This document shows positions 1 to 9,637 of a stretch of DNA of 64,000 nt, in pieces. The stretch lies in the NCBI GenBank assembly GCA_963836205.1, contig CAWIIV010000006.1, positions 618,796 through 682,795 of the forward strand, read 5' to 3'. A program made the position numbers and the translations under genes. This DNA is from an uncultured Acidimicrobiia bacterium. GTDB lineage: Bacteria > Actinomycetota > Acidimicrobiia > Acidimicrobiales > AC-14. Within the stretch, counting starts at the first letter, position 1. Each line of letters begins with the position of its first letter. Below the pieces are notes generated by a model that saw only the letters and a program-made list of their open reading frames with translations, ran no database searches and had not been told where the DNA came from.

Positions 1-1
1 G

Positions 2-1555
2 CTGGGCCTCGTCCATCTTCAGGCAGGCGTCGCCGATCTCCACCAGGGCGAGCTTGGCGTCGGTGTAGGTGACCGGTCCCATGCCGCGGATGTCGGCCAT
101 CGACAACCCGGCCATGACGATGGTCTCCAGCAGGTGGCCCAGGGCGGCCTCGGCCAGGGCCATCTCGTACAGGTACGACCGGCCCATCCGGTCCCAGTCC
201 TGCTTCATGACGTCGTCGGCGAACGACTTGCGCAGGATCGCCGACGCCTCCGCCGGCAGCCCGCTCATCCGGTAGGTGCGGGCCTGCAGCACCGAGAACA
301 GGGAGAACTTCTCGCCCATGGCCGCCGCCGCCTCGTCGGCCACCACCCGGGCGATGCGGTCGGCCCGGTCGCGGGGGATGCCGAAGCGCTCGTAGCGCCC
401 GGCCAGCACCGGTCCGGCCGTCATGATCGGCCCGTCGGACACCAGCGGACCGAGCTTGCGGCCCACCCGTCCGGTGGACTGCACCAACCGGCGCCAGATG
501 TCGTCGAGGTCGCGGTCGCCGGCCCGGCCGGCGTCGACCAGCCGCACCGCGGCCTTGGCGATGGCCGGATGGCGGGTGCGCAACGAGCTCCCGCTTCCAG
601 CGCCGAGGCCGGCGGCGATCAGCCGAGCCCGGATCGCCGGTGCGCCCGCCCGTTCGATGCGAGCCAGGTCGGCGATCACGGCCAGGTCGACGCCGTCGAA
701 GTCGCACGCCTCGGCCACGGCCACGGAGAGGAACGCCTCCAGATCGGCCGATCCGACATCGGCCACCAGTGCCGCCACGTGCTCGAGCAGGCCGTCGGGG
801 CCGAAGCGCTGGTCGAGGATGCCGCCGAGCATGGTGGCGTCGCACATCCCCTGGCGGGACCCGACCGCGTCGAGCAGGTACTGGCCCCGCTCGTCGGCGG
901 GGTCGGTTTCGAGCGCCCCCAGCGACCCGGCCCCGGCCCACACCTCCACCAGGCGGTCGGCGTCGGCGGGGGCCAGCTCGATCAGCTTGGTCCGCATCCC
1001 GAGCGTCGGCCACAGGCTGACGAACTTCTCCCACGGCGGCTCCGCGCTCCGCCCCTGGTGCTTGAACTTGGACTCCCAGTCGGGACTGCGCCCGACGAGC
1101 ACCCAGTGGATGTCCTTGCGGCGCTTGGCCAGGGGCGTGACCGTGCTCTCCAGGTCGGCCGCGATCTCCTCGGCGTCGTCGCTGACCAGCACCCACGGCC
1201 CCTCGGGCAGGGCGGCCACGGCATCGTCGTCGAGGCGGGTGCCCGGGTCGCGGAACAGCACCTTGGTGCCGGCCCGCACCAGGTCGACCGCGATCTGGCG
1301 GACGGTGGTGCTCTTGCCCTGGCCCCGCGGCCCCACCAACAGCACCATGGCCGACTCGATGGTGCGCTCGAACGCCGCCACCGCGGGCGCCACCGCCTGG
1401 CGGCGCAGGACCTGGTCCTCCGGCGCCTGGGCGACGCGCCAGTCGGCCGGGCCACCGTCGTAGAAGCGAATGAGGTCGTCGGCCCCCAGCGGCCCGCCGT
1501 TGTCGGCAAGCAGCTCCGGGGTGACTTCGGTCCAACCTGGCAACAACTCGCTCAC
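2..1555 (-). CDS. STAND-type P-loop NTPase with helical C-terminal region; partial, runs off the left edge
   Basis: Not in the ORF track; translated by hand from GTG 1555, which overlaps the upstream stop as GTGA. MSELLPGWTEV...IRFYDGGPADW...LLVGPRGQGKST (Walker A)...WVLVSDDAEE (Walker B)...WVLVGR...LRTRHPAIA; open to position 2. Confidence 0.75.
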   Translation of the reverse strand, partial: MSELLPGWTEVTPELLADNGGPLGADDLIRFYDGGPADWRVAQAPEDQVLRRQAVAPAVAAFERTIESAMVLLVGPRGQGKSTTVRQIAVDLVRAGTKVLFRDPGTRLDDDAVAALPEGPWVLVSDDAEEIAADLESTVTPLAKRRKDIHWVLVGRSPDWESKFKHQGRSAEPPWEKFVSLWPTLGMRTKLIELAPADADRLVEVWAGAGSLGALETDPADERGQYLLDAVGSRQGMCDATMLGGILDQRFGPDGLLEHVAALVADVGSADLEAFLSVAVAEACDFDGVDLAVIADLARIERAGAPAIRARLIAAGLGAGSGSSLRTRHPAIAKAAVRLVDAGRAGDRDLDDIWRRLVQSTGRVGRKLGPLVSDGPIMTAGPVLAGRYERFGIPRDRADRIARVVADEAAAAMGEKFSLFSVLQARTYRMSGLPAEASAILRKSFADDVMKQDWDRMGRSYLYEMALAEAALGHLLETIVMAGLSMADIRGMGPVTYTDAKLALVEIGDACLKMDEAQ

Positions 1556-1806
1556 GTTCCTCCCTCGACACCTTCACCCAGCTGGCGCAGCGCTTCGGCC
1601 AGTGCTGCTCGTAGCCGGCGGGCGGACTGGGGCGTCAGGTGGGTGATGATCCCCGTGCCCCGCCGGTCCTCCTCCTCGACCGTGATCTCCACGCGAATGT
1701 CCTGGCACGCGTCGCAGTCGTCGGCGATGGCGACCGCCCACGACGCCGGGGGCCGCTCGCCACCCCGGGGGTGGTCGTCCATCCCGTAATCGATTGATTT
1801 CTTCAT
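1552..1806 (-). CDS. small hypothetical protein with CxxC (DDCDAC)
   Basis: 84-aa ORF with protein-like composition, coupled by GTGA to the NTPase; the start could be the later ATG (MDDHP). Confidence 0.7.
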   Translation of the reverse strand: MKKSIDYGMDDHPRGGERPPASWAVAIADDCDACQDIRVEITVEEEDRRGTGIITHLTPQSARRLRAALAEALRQLGEGVEGGT

Positions 1807-1868
1807 GCCGACTTCTTCATTGCGACTTTTTCATGGCGACTTCTTCACACGACCTGCGGCTTCTTCAT
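1796..1868 (-). repeat. 14-bp tandem repeat (A/G)TGAAGAAGTCGNN, ~4 copies plus one degenerate copy
   Basis: Minus strand reads GTGAAGAAGTCGCC ATGAAAAAGTCGCA ATGAAGAAGTCGGC ATGAAGAAATC; a further ATGAAGAAGCCGCA starts at 1868. Confidence 0.9.
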
Positions 1869-2435
1869 GGGGATGTCCTCGCCGCCGGCGGTGTTGGCGA
1901 TCTTGGCGATCTCGCCCTCGACCACCTGGTCGAGGTTGGGCGTCTGCGAGTCGACCATCGGGTCCCAGCCGGGGCGGGCGCTCACGTCGTAGCCCGCCTC
2001 CAGGATCAGCTTCTCGATGTGGAGCTGGGCCTCGGGTCGGAAGCGGCGGACGACACCGCCCGGCAGCATCGGCAGGGGGATGTTGAGCATCCCGCACGCA
2101 ACCTCGAGGGTGGCGTCGTACTGGCGGATGTAGTCGGTCCACTCTCGAGTCTGGTCCTCGTACTCGATCCGGGTGAACTTCGAGTAGCCGGCCATGATCG
2201 TGTTGAGCCGGCGCAGCTGGGCCCCGATGATGACGATGTCGAGGTCGGCGCCGGGCGCCTCCAGCAACCACTCGTCGACCTCGTGGCGCTTGGCCAGCTG
2301 GGCCGCCTTCTTGTTGTAGACCTCGATCTCCTGCGGGTACGTGCTCGACTGCGCCTGGGCGAGCATGGCCCGGATCCGCACCACGATCTTCAGCCACTCG
2401 GCTTCGGCCCGCGCTTCTTCTTCGTCGTCAGTCAT
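1845..2435 (-). CDS. DUF2786-like domain protein
   Basis: N-terminal RIRAMLAQAQSSTYPQEIEVYNKKAAQLAKRHEVD resembles the DUF2786 helical hairpin; C-terminus unknown. Confidence 0.6.
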   Translation of the reverse strand: MTDDEEEARAEAEWLKIVVRIRAMLAQAQSSTYPQEIEVYNKKAAQLAKRHEVDEWLLEAPGADLDIVIIGAQLRRLNTIMAGYSKFTRIEYEDQTREWTDYIRQYDATLEVACGMLNIPLPMLPGGVVRRFRPEAQLHIEKLILEAGYDVSARPGWDPMVDSQTPNLDQVVEGEIAKIANTAGGEDIPMKKPQVV

Positions 2436-2523
2436 GGGCCGTCAGCCTCGGGAAGGTTTTCGAGCTACTGGGCGTCATCGCAGGTGGGCGACGACATCTC
2501 CTTCCCGCATGATAGCCGGGGGG

Positions 2524-2952
2524 TCAGGAAAGGCTGCCCTCCACGTTGATCCTGACGCCGCCCCGCAGGGCATTCGACACCGGGCAAGACCCCTCGGCCG
2601 CGGTGAGGGCCTCCCGGAAGGCCCTCTCGTCGGCGCCGGGGACGGTGGCCACCACGACCAGGTCGATGGCGGTGATCGTCGGCGGCTCGAACGTGCAGGT
2701 GGCCTCCACCTCGAGCAGGGCGGGCGGGTTGCCCCGGGAGCTGAGCTCGTTGGACAGGGCCATGCAGAAGCAGGCCGCGTGGGCGGCCGCCAGCAGCTCC
2801 TCGGGGCTCGTCTTGCCGCCCGGCTGGTCCTCGGTGCGAGCCGGCCAGCTCACCGGCGCGTCGGTGAACAGCCCCGTGCTGGCGGCCGAGACCGTCCCGT
2901 TGCCCTCGAACAGGTCGCCTTCCCACTTCGCACTCGCCCTGCGCTGCGCCAC
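2524..2952 (-). CDS. osmC: OsmC family peroxiredoxin
   Basis: AKWEGDLFEGNG...SPEELLAAAHAACFCMAL...CPVSNAL; AAGGAG RBS before GTG 2952. Confidence 0.9.
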   Translation of the reverse strand: MAQRRASAKWEGDLFEGNGTVSAASTGLFTDAPVSWPARTEDQPGGKTSPEELLAAAHAACFCMALSNELSSRGNPPALLEVEATCTFEPPTITAIDLVVVATVPGADERAFREALTAAEGSCPVSNALRGGVRINVEGSLS

Positions 2953-3022
2953 GAGAGTCTCCTTGGTTGCCGTCCGGTGCCTCCAACGTATGCCGGGCGT
3001 TCGATCGGGGCACACATGAGCC

Positions 3023-3310
3023 GTGGACAACGAAGCGATGCTCTGGAAGGGAGCCGGCGCCCTGAGCGGGGCGGCGTCGGGCGGGCTGACCCGGACGGCG
3101 ATGAAGAAGGGCTGGACGAAGTGGAGGGGCTCCGACCCGCCCACCAACCCGGCCTCGCCGTCCACCAAGTGGTCGGAGGCTCTGGCGTGGGCCGCGGCCT
3201 GCGGGGTCGCCATCGCGATCGCCCGGCTGGTGGCCCAACGGGGAGTGGCCGAGGCCTGGAAGAAGGCCACCGGCTCGTACCCCAAGGGATTGGAAACCGT
3301 CAGCCCGTAG
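3023..3310 (+). CDS. DUF4235 family small membrane protein
   Basis: KKGWTKWRGSDPPTNP...WSEALAWAA...ARLVAQRG pattern. Confidence 0.8.
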   Translation: MDNEAMLWKGAGALSGAASGGLTRTAMKKGWTKWRGSDPPTNPASPSTKWSEALAWAAACGVAIAIARLVAQRGVAEAWKKATGSYPKGLETVSP

Positions 3311-3343
3311 CCGCGGCGGGCCCGGGCGGGTCGACGCCCGGCG

Positions 3344-3805
3344 TCACTCGCGGACGAGGAAGTCGACCGCGAGAAGCACGGGGCCGTCGACGGTCACCGC
3401 GTGGGGCACCGAGGGCGGGATGGGCTGGGTGTCGCCCGCACCGAGCTGCACGTGGATCGGAGGGTCGGTCTCCAGGGATATGCCGGCGGAGCCTTCGATG
3501 ACGCGGAGGCGGCCCCACACGCCTTCGGCCACCCGGTGCGCCTTCCGGAGGGCGGCGGGCAGGGTCGTGGCGTCGAAGGGGCCGGCCGTGCGCGTCACGC
3601 GGAGCGAGCCGGGGAGCTCGGCCCGGTCGCACAGCGGGCAGTCCACGTCGGTGCCGAGGCGAGCCGTCCGCCCGGCCTCGGTCGTCACCCAGGGACGCTC
3701 CTGGAACGGCGGCCGGTGCCGCATGTGCTGGCCGTGCAGGCACGACAGCTCCGCCACCCAGTCGCCGTGCTCGTCTTGGTGGAAGCCCGCAATCACCCGT
3801 CGCAC
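3344..3805 (-). CDS. DUF3565 + DUF1971/TehB-N-like cupin fusion
   Basis: FHQDEHGDWVAELSCLHGQHMRHRPP...CPLCD followed by FDATTLPAALRKAH...VWGRLRVIEGS...IPPSVPHAV. The frame is also open upstream to GTG 3973. Confidence 0.75.
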   Translation of the reverse strand: MRRVIAGFHQDEHGDWVAELSCLHGQHMRHRPPFQERPWVTTEAGRTARLGTDVDCPLCDRAELPGSLRVTRTAGPFDATTLPAALRKAHRVAEGVWGRLRVIEGSAGISLETDPPIHVQLGAGDTQPIPPSVPHAVTVDGPVLLAVDFLVRE

Positions 3806-3969
3806 GGGGCCCGTCCTCCCTGGTTGGCCTCGTCGATCACGGCGGGCGGCCGACGCCGCTGTTCGTGGGCATGAAAAGGTGCGTGCAGCACCCTTTTCCG
3901 ACCCAAGAACTGTGCCGGGCACGGGAATGGCGAACGACGACCGGTTTGCCCGGTGGGGACGACGCCTCG

Positions 3970-4836
3970 TCACGACAGGCCGAGCGCGTCGGCGACCGAG
4001 GCGAGGTAGTCGACGTGGCCGTCGACGGAGTCCAACCCGAGGCCCATCGTGACCACCGAGAAATGGGTACCGCCTGCCTCGCGCCAGGCGTCGATCTCCG
4101 CGGTGAGGTCGCCCACGGTCCGACTCAGGGACACGTACTCGCCGCCGAACTCGTCGACCGGCCGGCCGAGGTCGCCCACCCGCTCACGCAGCCGGTTCCA
4201 CGTGTCGACGGCGTGGTCGACACCACCGCCACCGAAGAAGATGAAGCCGTCCGCCAGCCGGGCGGCCCGGTCGAACGCCTTCTCGCCCGATCCACCGAGC
4301 CAGATCGGGACGGGCCGCGTCGGCTTCGGGACGAGTGCGGCTCTGTTCACCCGGTCGAAGCGGCCCGCGAAGTCGACGACCGGTTCGGTGAACAACCGGC
4401 GCAGCAACTGGATCTGCTCCTCCTGCCGGGCGCCGCGGGTACGGAAGTCCTGCCCGAGGGCCTCGTACTCGACGTGGTTCCAGCCCACCCCCACACCCAG
4501 CCGCAGCCGCCCGCCGGAGAGGAGCTCGACATCGGCCGCCTGCCGAGCCACGAGCGCGGTCTGGCGCTGCGGGAGGATCAGGATCCCGGTGGCGAAGCCG
4601 ATCCGCTCGGTGATGCCGGCCAGATAGGCGAATATCACGAACGGGTCGTGGAACGGGTCGTGCTCGGTGTACGGGCCCGTCAGCGGAGGCGTTCGATCGG
4701 CGTGAACGGCGCCGAGCACGTGGTCGTAGGCGAGGAGATGGGAAAAACCCAGGTCCTCGACCGCGCTCCCGATCCGCCCGACCGCGGTCGGCTCTCCTCC
4801 AAGCTCGTTCTGGGGGTAGACGACTCCGATCTGCAC
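3970..4836 (-). CDS. LLM-class F420-dependent oxidoreductase
   Basis: YDHVLG, HDPFVIFAYLA, ILPQRQTALVARQAADV, LSGGRLRLGVGVGWN, PIWLGG. Confidence 0.92.
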   Translation of the reverse strand: MQIGVVYPQNELGGEPTAVGRIGSAVEDLGFSHLLAYDHVLGAVHADRTPPLTGPYTEHDPFHDPFVIFAYLAGITERIGFATGILILPQRQTALVARQAADVELLSGGRLRLGVGVGWNHVEYEALGQDFRTRGARQEEQIQLLRRLFTEPVVDFAGRFDRVNRAALVPKPTRPVPIWLGGSGEKAFDRAARLADGFIFFGGGGVDHAVDTWNRLRERVGDLGRPVDEFGGEYVSLSRTVGDLTAEIDAWREAGGTHFSVVTMGLGLDSVDGHVDYLASVADALGLS

Positions 4837-5150
4837 GGGCTTCAGCCTGGCACGGGATGAATCGGGTCAGCGTCGGGTCACGGCCACCCGACGCCGGGCG
4901 CGGGAGCGACGAGCACCCGCTCTACACGCCGCCGACGGACGCGGAGCTGACCGCGAGGTGCCCGTTCGACGGGAGGTCGCCGTGCAACGACCTCGCCCGA
5001 GAACTGCTCCAGAGCGGCGAGCTGCCCCTGACCCGGCGGCGCTGACAGCCCGCACCGCCCCGACCGGCGCTCAAGTGGGTTCCATCCCCTGCCGACAACG
5101 GGCCCGAGTGGGGTGCTCGGCGCGTGCCGGAGCCTGGAAAGGCAACCGGT

Positions 5151-8100
5151 ATGTACATCACCATCACGTCGATCCGGCTCGGCGCGGTCGTCCGACGGCT
5201 GGCGGGCCTGGTGGCCGTGGCGGTGGTAGCCAGCCTCCTCGCCGCGGTACCCGCCGCCGCCCTGGTGTCCGGCGTCCTCGACCCGACGTTCGGCACCGGT
5301 GGGATCACCCGCGTCGACCTGGCCGGGCCCAGCATCGACGTCGCCAATGCCGGCGTGAGCAATCCGGGCGGCGCGGAGACCGTCCTCGTCGGATCGGCCA
5401 ACGGCCACTTCGCCCTGGCCGGGTCGTCCGGGGTGTCGCCGTTCGGCAATGCCAGGCACCAGGTCGTCCTCGACTTCGGCCGCCCGTCGGCCGCCTACGC
5501 GGCGGCAGCTACCAACGACGTGGTCGCAGCCGGGCGGGCGGGCGACGACTTCGCGGTGGCCCGCCTGACCCGGTTCGGGAACCCGGTCCCCGGCTTCGGC
5601 GACCAGGGCCGGGTTACGACCTCGTTCGGACGCCCGGCGGTGGGCCGGGGGGTGGCGCTGCGGATCGACGACACGTTCGTCGTGGGGACGGTCGGCGTCG
5701 GCACCGACGCCGACGTGGCCCTGGCCCGCTACGACAGCCAGGGGCAACTGGTCCCGGAGTTCGGAGCCGGTGGGACCATGGTCGCCGACCTCTCCGGAGG
5801 CGCCGACGCCGCCTACGCGGTGAGAAACGTGTCCCGCGGCGGCCCCGGAAACCTCGTCGTCGGGGGACGGGCCGGCGGTGCCGCCTTCGTCGGTCGCTAC
5901 CTGCCCGACGGCACGTGGGACCCCAGGTTCGGTGATCGGCGGTCGGGTCCTCCTAGACCTCACGCCCGGCGACGACATCGCCTACGGCCTCGACATCTGG
6001 GCCGACGGTCGCATCGTCGTGGCCGGCATCACCGCCTCGGGAGGCTTCGTCGCTCACCTGACACCGGCCGGAGCCCTGGACGCGACCTTCGGCACGGGCG
6101 GCCTGGTGACGGTCGACCTCGGCCCGGCCGGCGGCTTCAGCTCGGTGGTGTTCGGTGAGAACCCGGCTCGCCAAGCGGTGATCGTGGCCGGAGGGACGAT
6201 GGTCACACCGTCCGGGACCGACGGTGTGCTGGTCCGCCTCACGACCGCCGGCCAGATCGACACCGGCTGGGGCACCGGCGGCCGGACCGTCGTCGACTTC
6301 GGCGGCCCGACCGACAGGGGCAACGCCGTCCTGCGCCAGGGCGCATCTGCCGACAGCGCCTTCCTGATCGGCGGCGACGGCACCGACATGCGGCTGGGGG
6401 TGGTCGACACCGCCGGTCATCTGGTCCCGCCGTCGGACATCGTGTCCGGCCGGATCGACTTCTCCGTCTCGTCCGAGTGGGGCGAGGAGATGGTGGTGCA
6501 ACCCGACGGCGCCATCGTGGTCGTCGGTGGCGGCGACGCCGGGCTGGTGGTGACGCGCTTCCGCCCCGACGGTCGCCTCGACCCGACGTTCGGCCGCGGC
6601 GGCGTGGTCGTCGAGCCGCTCGGGGAGGGCACCGCGGTCGCGCTCCAGGCGGACGGGAAGATCCTGGTCGGCGGGCGGCGCGGCACCCGGGTGTGGGGCG
6701 TCTACCGCCTCCTGGCCGACGGTCGGATCGACCAGGCCTTCGGCAACCTCGGGTTCGCCGGCTACGACCTCAGCGGCATCTCCACGGTGGGTGGTATCGC
6801 GGTACGACCAGACGGCCGCATCGTGGTCGGCGCCACACGGCTCCTCGTCCTCAGCCCTTCGGGCCAGATCGAGACGTCCACCAGCCTGGGCATCACCGAA
6901 GCCGATGTCGTCTCGGGGCTGGCGATGGAACAAGACGGCGTCGTGGTGGCCGTGCTCCGGAAACGCAACGAGATCCTCGGGTCGGGCGGACGGGCCGTGC
7001 GCCTCCTCCTCGACGGTACCCTTGACACGTCCTTCGGCACGACCGTCCGGGGCGCGGCCGGCGGCGTGGTGCGTCTCGCCGACGGCAGGTTCGTGTTCGC
7101 CGGCGAGATCGTCACCGGACGCTCGCCCGGGGGCCTGCCGACGGGTACCGACCTCGTCCTGACCGCCATGACCCACGACGGGTGGAACGACGAGACCTTC
7201 GGTGGACCCGGGTCGGGCGGCATCGTCAAACTGGACATCGGGCAGTACGACCACGTTCCTGATCTCACCGTCACGCCCGACGGGAAGGTGCTCGTCTCGT
7301 TCTCCCACGGCGCCGACTCGATGCGCCGTGTGGGCCTGGCCCGCTTCCTGCCCGACGGCCGCCTCGACCGCAGCTTCGCGTCGCAGGGGACATGGATCGG
7401 CACCCTGGTGTCGTGGGGGACGGCCGTCGCCGTCGGAACCGACGGCCGGGTGCTCGTCGCGGGGCGGACCGACGGTCCGAATCTCGACGTGGCCCTGATG
7501 GCTATGGCACCGGCGTCGGTGGCGAGCGGGCCTCCGCGGGCGTGGGGCTTCGGCGGGCTGGGCCAGTCGGGCGTCGGGACCGCCCCGGTCGTCGCGGTGG
7601 CCGGGGGCACCCATCACACCCTGACCGTGGCCGGGGACGGGTCCGTCCGGGCCTCGGGCTGGAACCTCACCGGACAGCTGGGGAACGGGACGACCGTCGA
7701 CAGCAACGTCCCGGTGAGGGTGACGGGCCTCACCGGGGTGGTCGCGGTGGCGGCCGGCACCTATCACAGCCTGGCCCTGAAGGCCGATGGAACCGTGTGG
7801 GCGTGGGGATGGAACCACTTCGGCCAACTGGGCAACGGGACGACCGTCGACAGCCGCGTCCCGGTGCGCGTGGCCGGGCTGACCCAGGTCACCGCAATCG
7901 CCGCCGGATCCCACCACAGCCTCGCCCTGCGGGCCGACGGAACCGCCTGGGCGTGGGGGTGGAACAGCCTCGGCCAGCTGGGCACCAGCACCCACCTCGT
8001 CAAATCGACCGCCGACAGCGCCACGCCGGTGCCCGTGCGCGCCCCCGGTGCGATCACGGCGGTGGCGGCCGGCAGCTACCACAGCCTGTTCCTGTACGGC

Positions 8101-8565
8101 GACGGGACCATTTACTCGGCCGGCTGGAACGCCTTCGGCCAGCTCGGCCACGGGCCGGAGAACGGGCTCGCCCCCTCCGGGGTCCTCGACTCGGGCAGTT
8201 CCCGGGGCCGATACGTGGCGATCGCAGGAGGCGGGCTCCACAGCCTGGGCGTCAAGGCCGACGGGACGGTCGCGGCCTGGGGGTACAACCAGCTGGGCGA
8301 GCTGGGCGACGGATCGAGGACCGACAGCCAGGTTCCGGTGACGGTGAAAGGCGTCACCAATGCCCTGGCGGTGGCCGGCGGCGGGTACCACAGCCTGGTC
8401 CTGGGACGGAACGGCGTCGTCCAGGGATGGGGCTCGAACGGCTACGGCCAACTCGGCACCGGCACGACGGCCGACCGCACCGAGCCCACGGTCGTGACGG
8501 TCATCCCGGCCGGCACGGTCGTCTCCGGCATGGCCGCCGGCACCCTCCACTCCCTGGCGTTCTGA
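5151..8565 (+). CDS. secreted delta-60 repeat + RCC1 repeat beta-propeller protein (one frameshift near 5934)
   Basis: Signal peptide; repeated DGxLDxxFGxGG and QPDGxIVV units in ORFs 5124..6158 and 5878..8565; C-terminal HSLALKADGTVWAWGWNxxGQLG repeats. Removing one base at ggtGatcggc joins the two ORFs. Confidence 0.85.
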
Positions 8566-8676
8566 CCGACCCGGCGCGGCGAGGCCGTTGCGGCCCGCGC
8601 TCCCGGGGACGCGAGAGATAGGGTGCCCGGACACACAGCGGGCCACGCTCGGCGAAGACGAGGCGAGGAGATTCTC

Positions 8677-9216
8677 ATGGCGCGGAAATTCCGGACCGTC
8701 GTTTTCGCATCCTGCCTGCTCCTGACCTTGTTGGCGCCGAGACCCGCTTCGGCTGCCGCTCCCCGCCTTGTCGACCTGACGTGTCTTTTCAGCGCGACGA
8801 TCAATTTCAACCCCGGATTGACGCTCTCTTCCCAATCCGTGCAGATATCCGGCTCGGTTGCCGCCGGCTCATCGATGTCGCCGAAACTCCCCTGCTTCTC
8901 GGTGACGGGTGTTCGCTACACCGGTGCGAGCGCCCCCGTGAGCGGTACTGGGACGCTCGGTTGTGTGACCACGGGCGCCTCGGCCAGCGTCAAAGGCACA
9001 TTGCCGGTGACGTGGAACAACGGTGACACGTCCACGATCACGTGGAGCGTGACGGTGGGCGGACCACTGCCGACGGTTTCGGCGAAAGTCACTTCCGGTC
9101 AGCTCAACGGGACGAGCATCGTCGTCCTACCCTTACCGACCCGCCTGGATGGCAGCTGCCTGACTCCGCTCAAGAGCGTTTCCTTCATTGGCGTCCTGAC
9201 GTTCCTCGGCCTGTAG
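8677..9216 (+). CDS. secreted hypothetical protein (beta-rich, several Cys)
   Basis: GAGGAG RBS, signal peptide MARKFRTVVFASCLLLTLLAPRPASA; visibly lower GC than neighbours. Confidence 0.75.
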   Translation: MARKFRTVVFASCLLLTLLAPRPASAAAPRLVDLTCLFSATINFNPGLTLSSQSVQISGSVAAGSSMSPKLPCFSVTGVRYTGASAPVSGTGTLGCVTTGASASVKGTLPVTWNNGDTSTITWSVTVGGPLPTVSAKVTSGQLNGTSIVVLPLPTRLDGSCLTPLKSVSFIGVLTFLGL

Positions 9217-9637
9217 GAGCTGCTCGAAGCCGACCTCGGCACGCAGGGTCCGCACGGGCCCGAGCACGGCTACTCGGCTCGTGACAGGCAGGTTCGGCCG
9301 GCGCGGCCCAGTGCCGCCCCGAGCACTCCGAACGGCATCCAGAAGAGTGGGAGCAGGACTAGGAGGACGGTGAAATTCAGGATGTTCTCGTCGACGGCGT
9401 CGAGCGGCACTCCGTCGCCGGCAAGGATCAGGCTGGAGTCGGCCCGGGTAAGTCCACGTCGCGGGCCTTGGTCGGGGTGTCGACGGCATTGGCCCGGTCT
9501 GTGTCGGTCAGGACAGGAGTGGGAACGTCCTCGTCGCGTCGGAGAAGCGTCGACGGCAGGAAGCAGAGAGTCGAGCTCCGCCACACGCCCCGCCAGGGTG
9601 CCCTCACGCGTTTGGGCCAATCCCCGTGATGGGCGAG

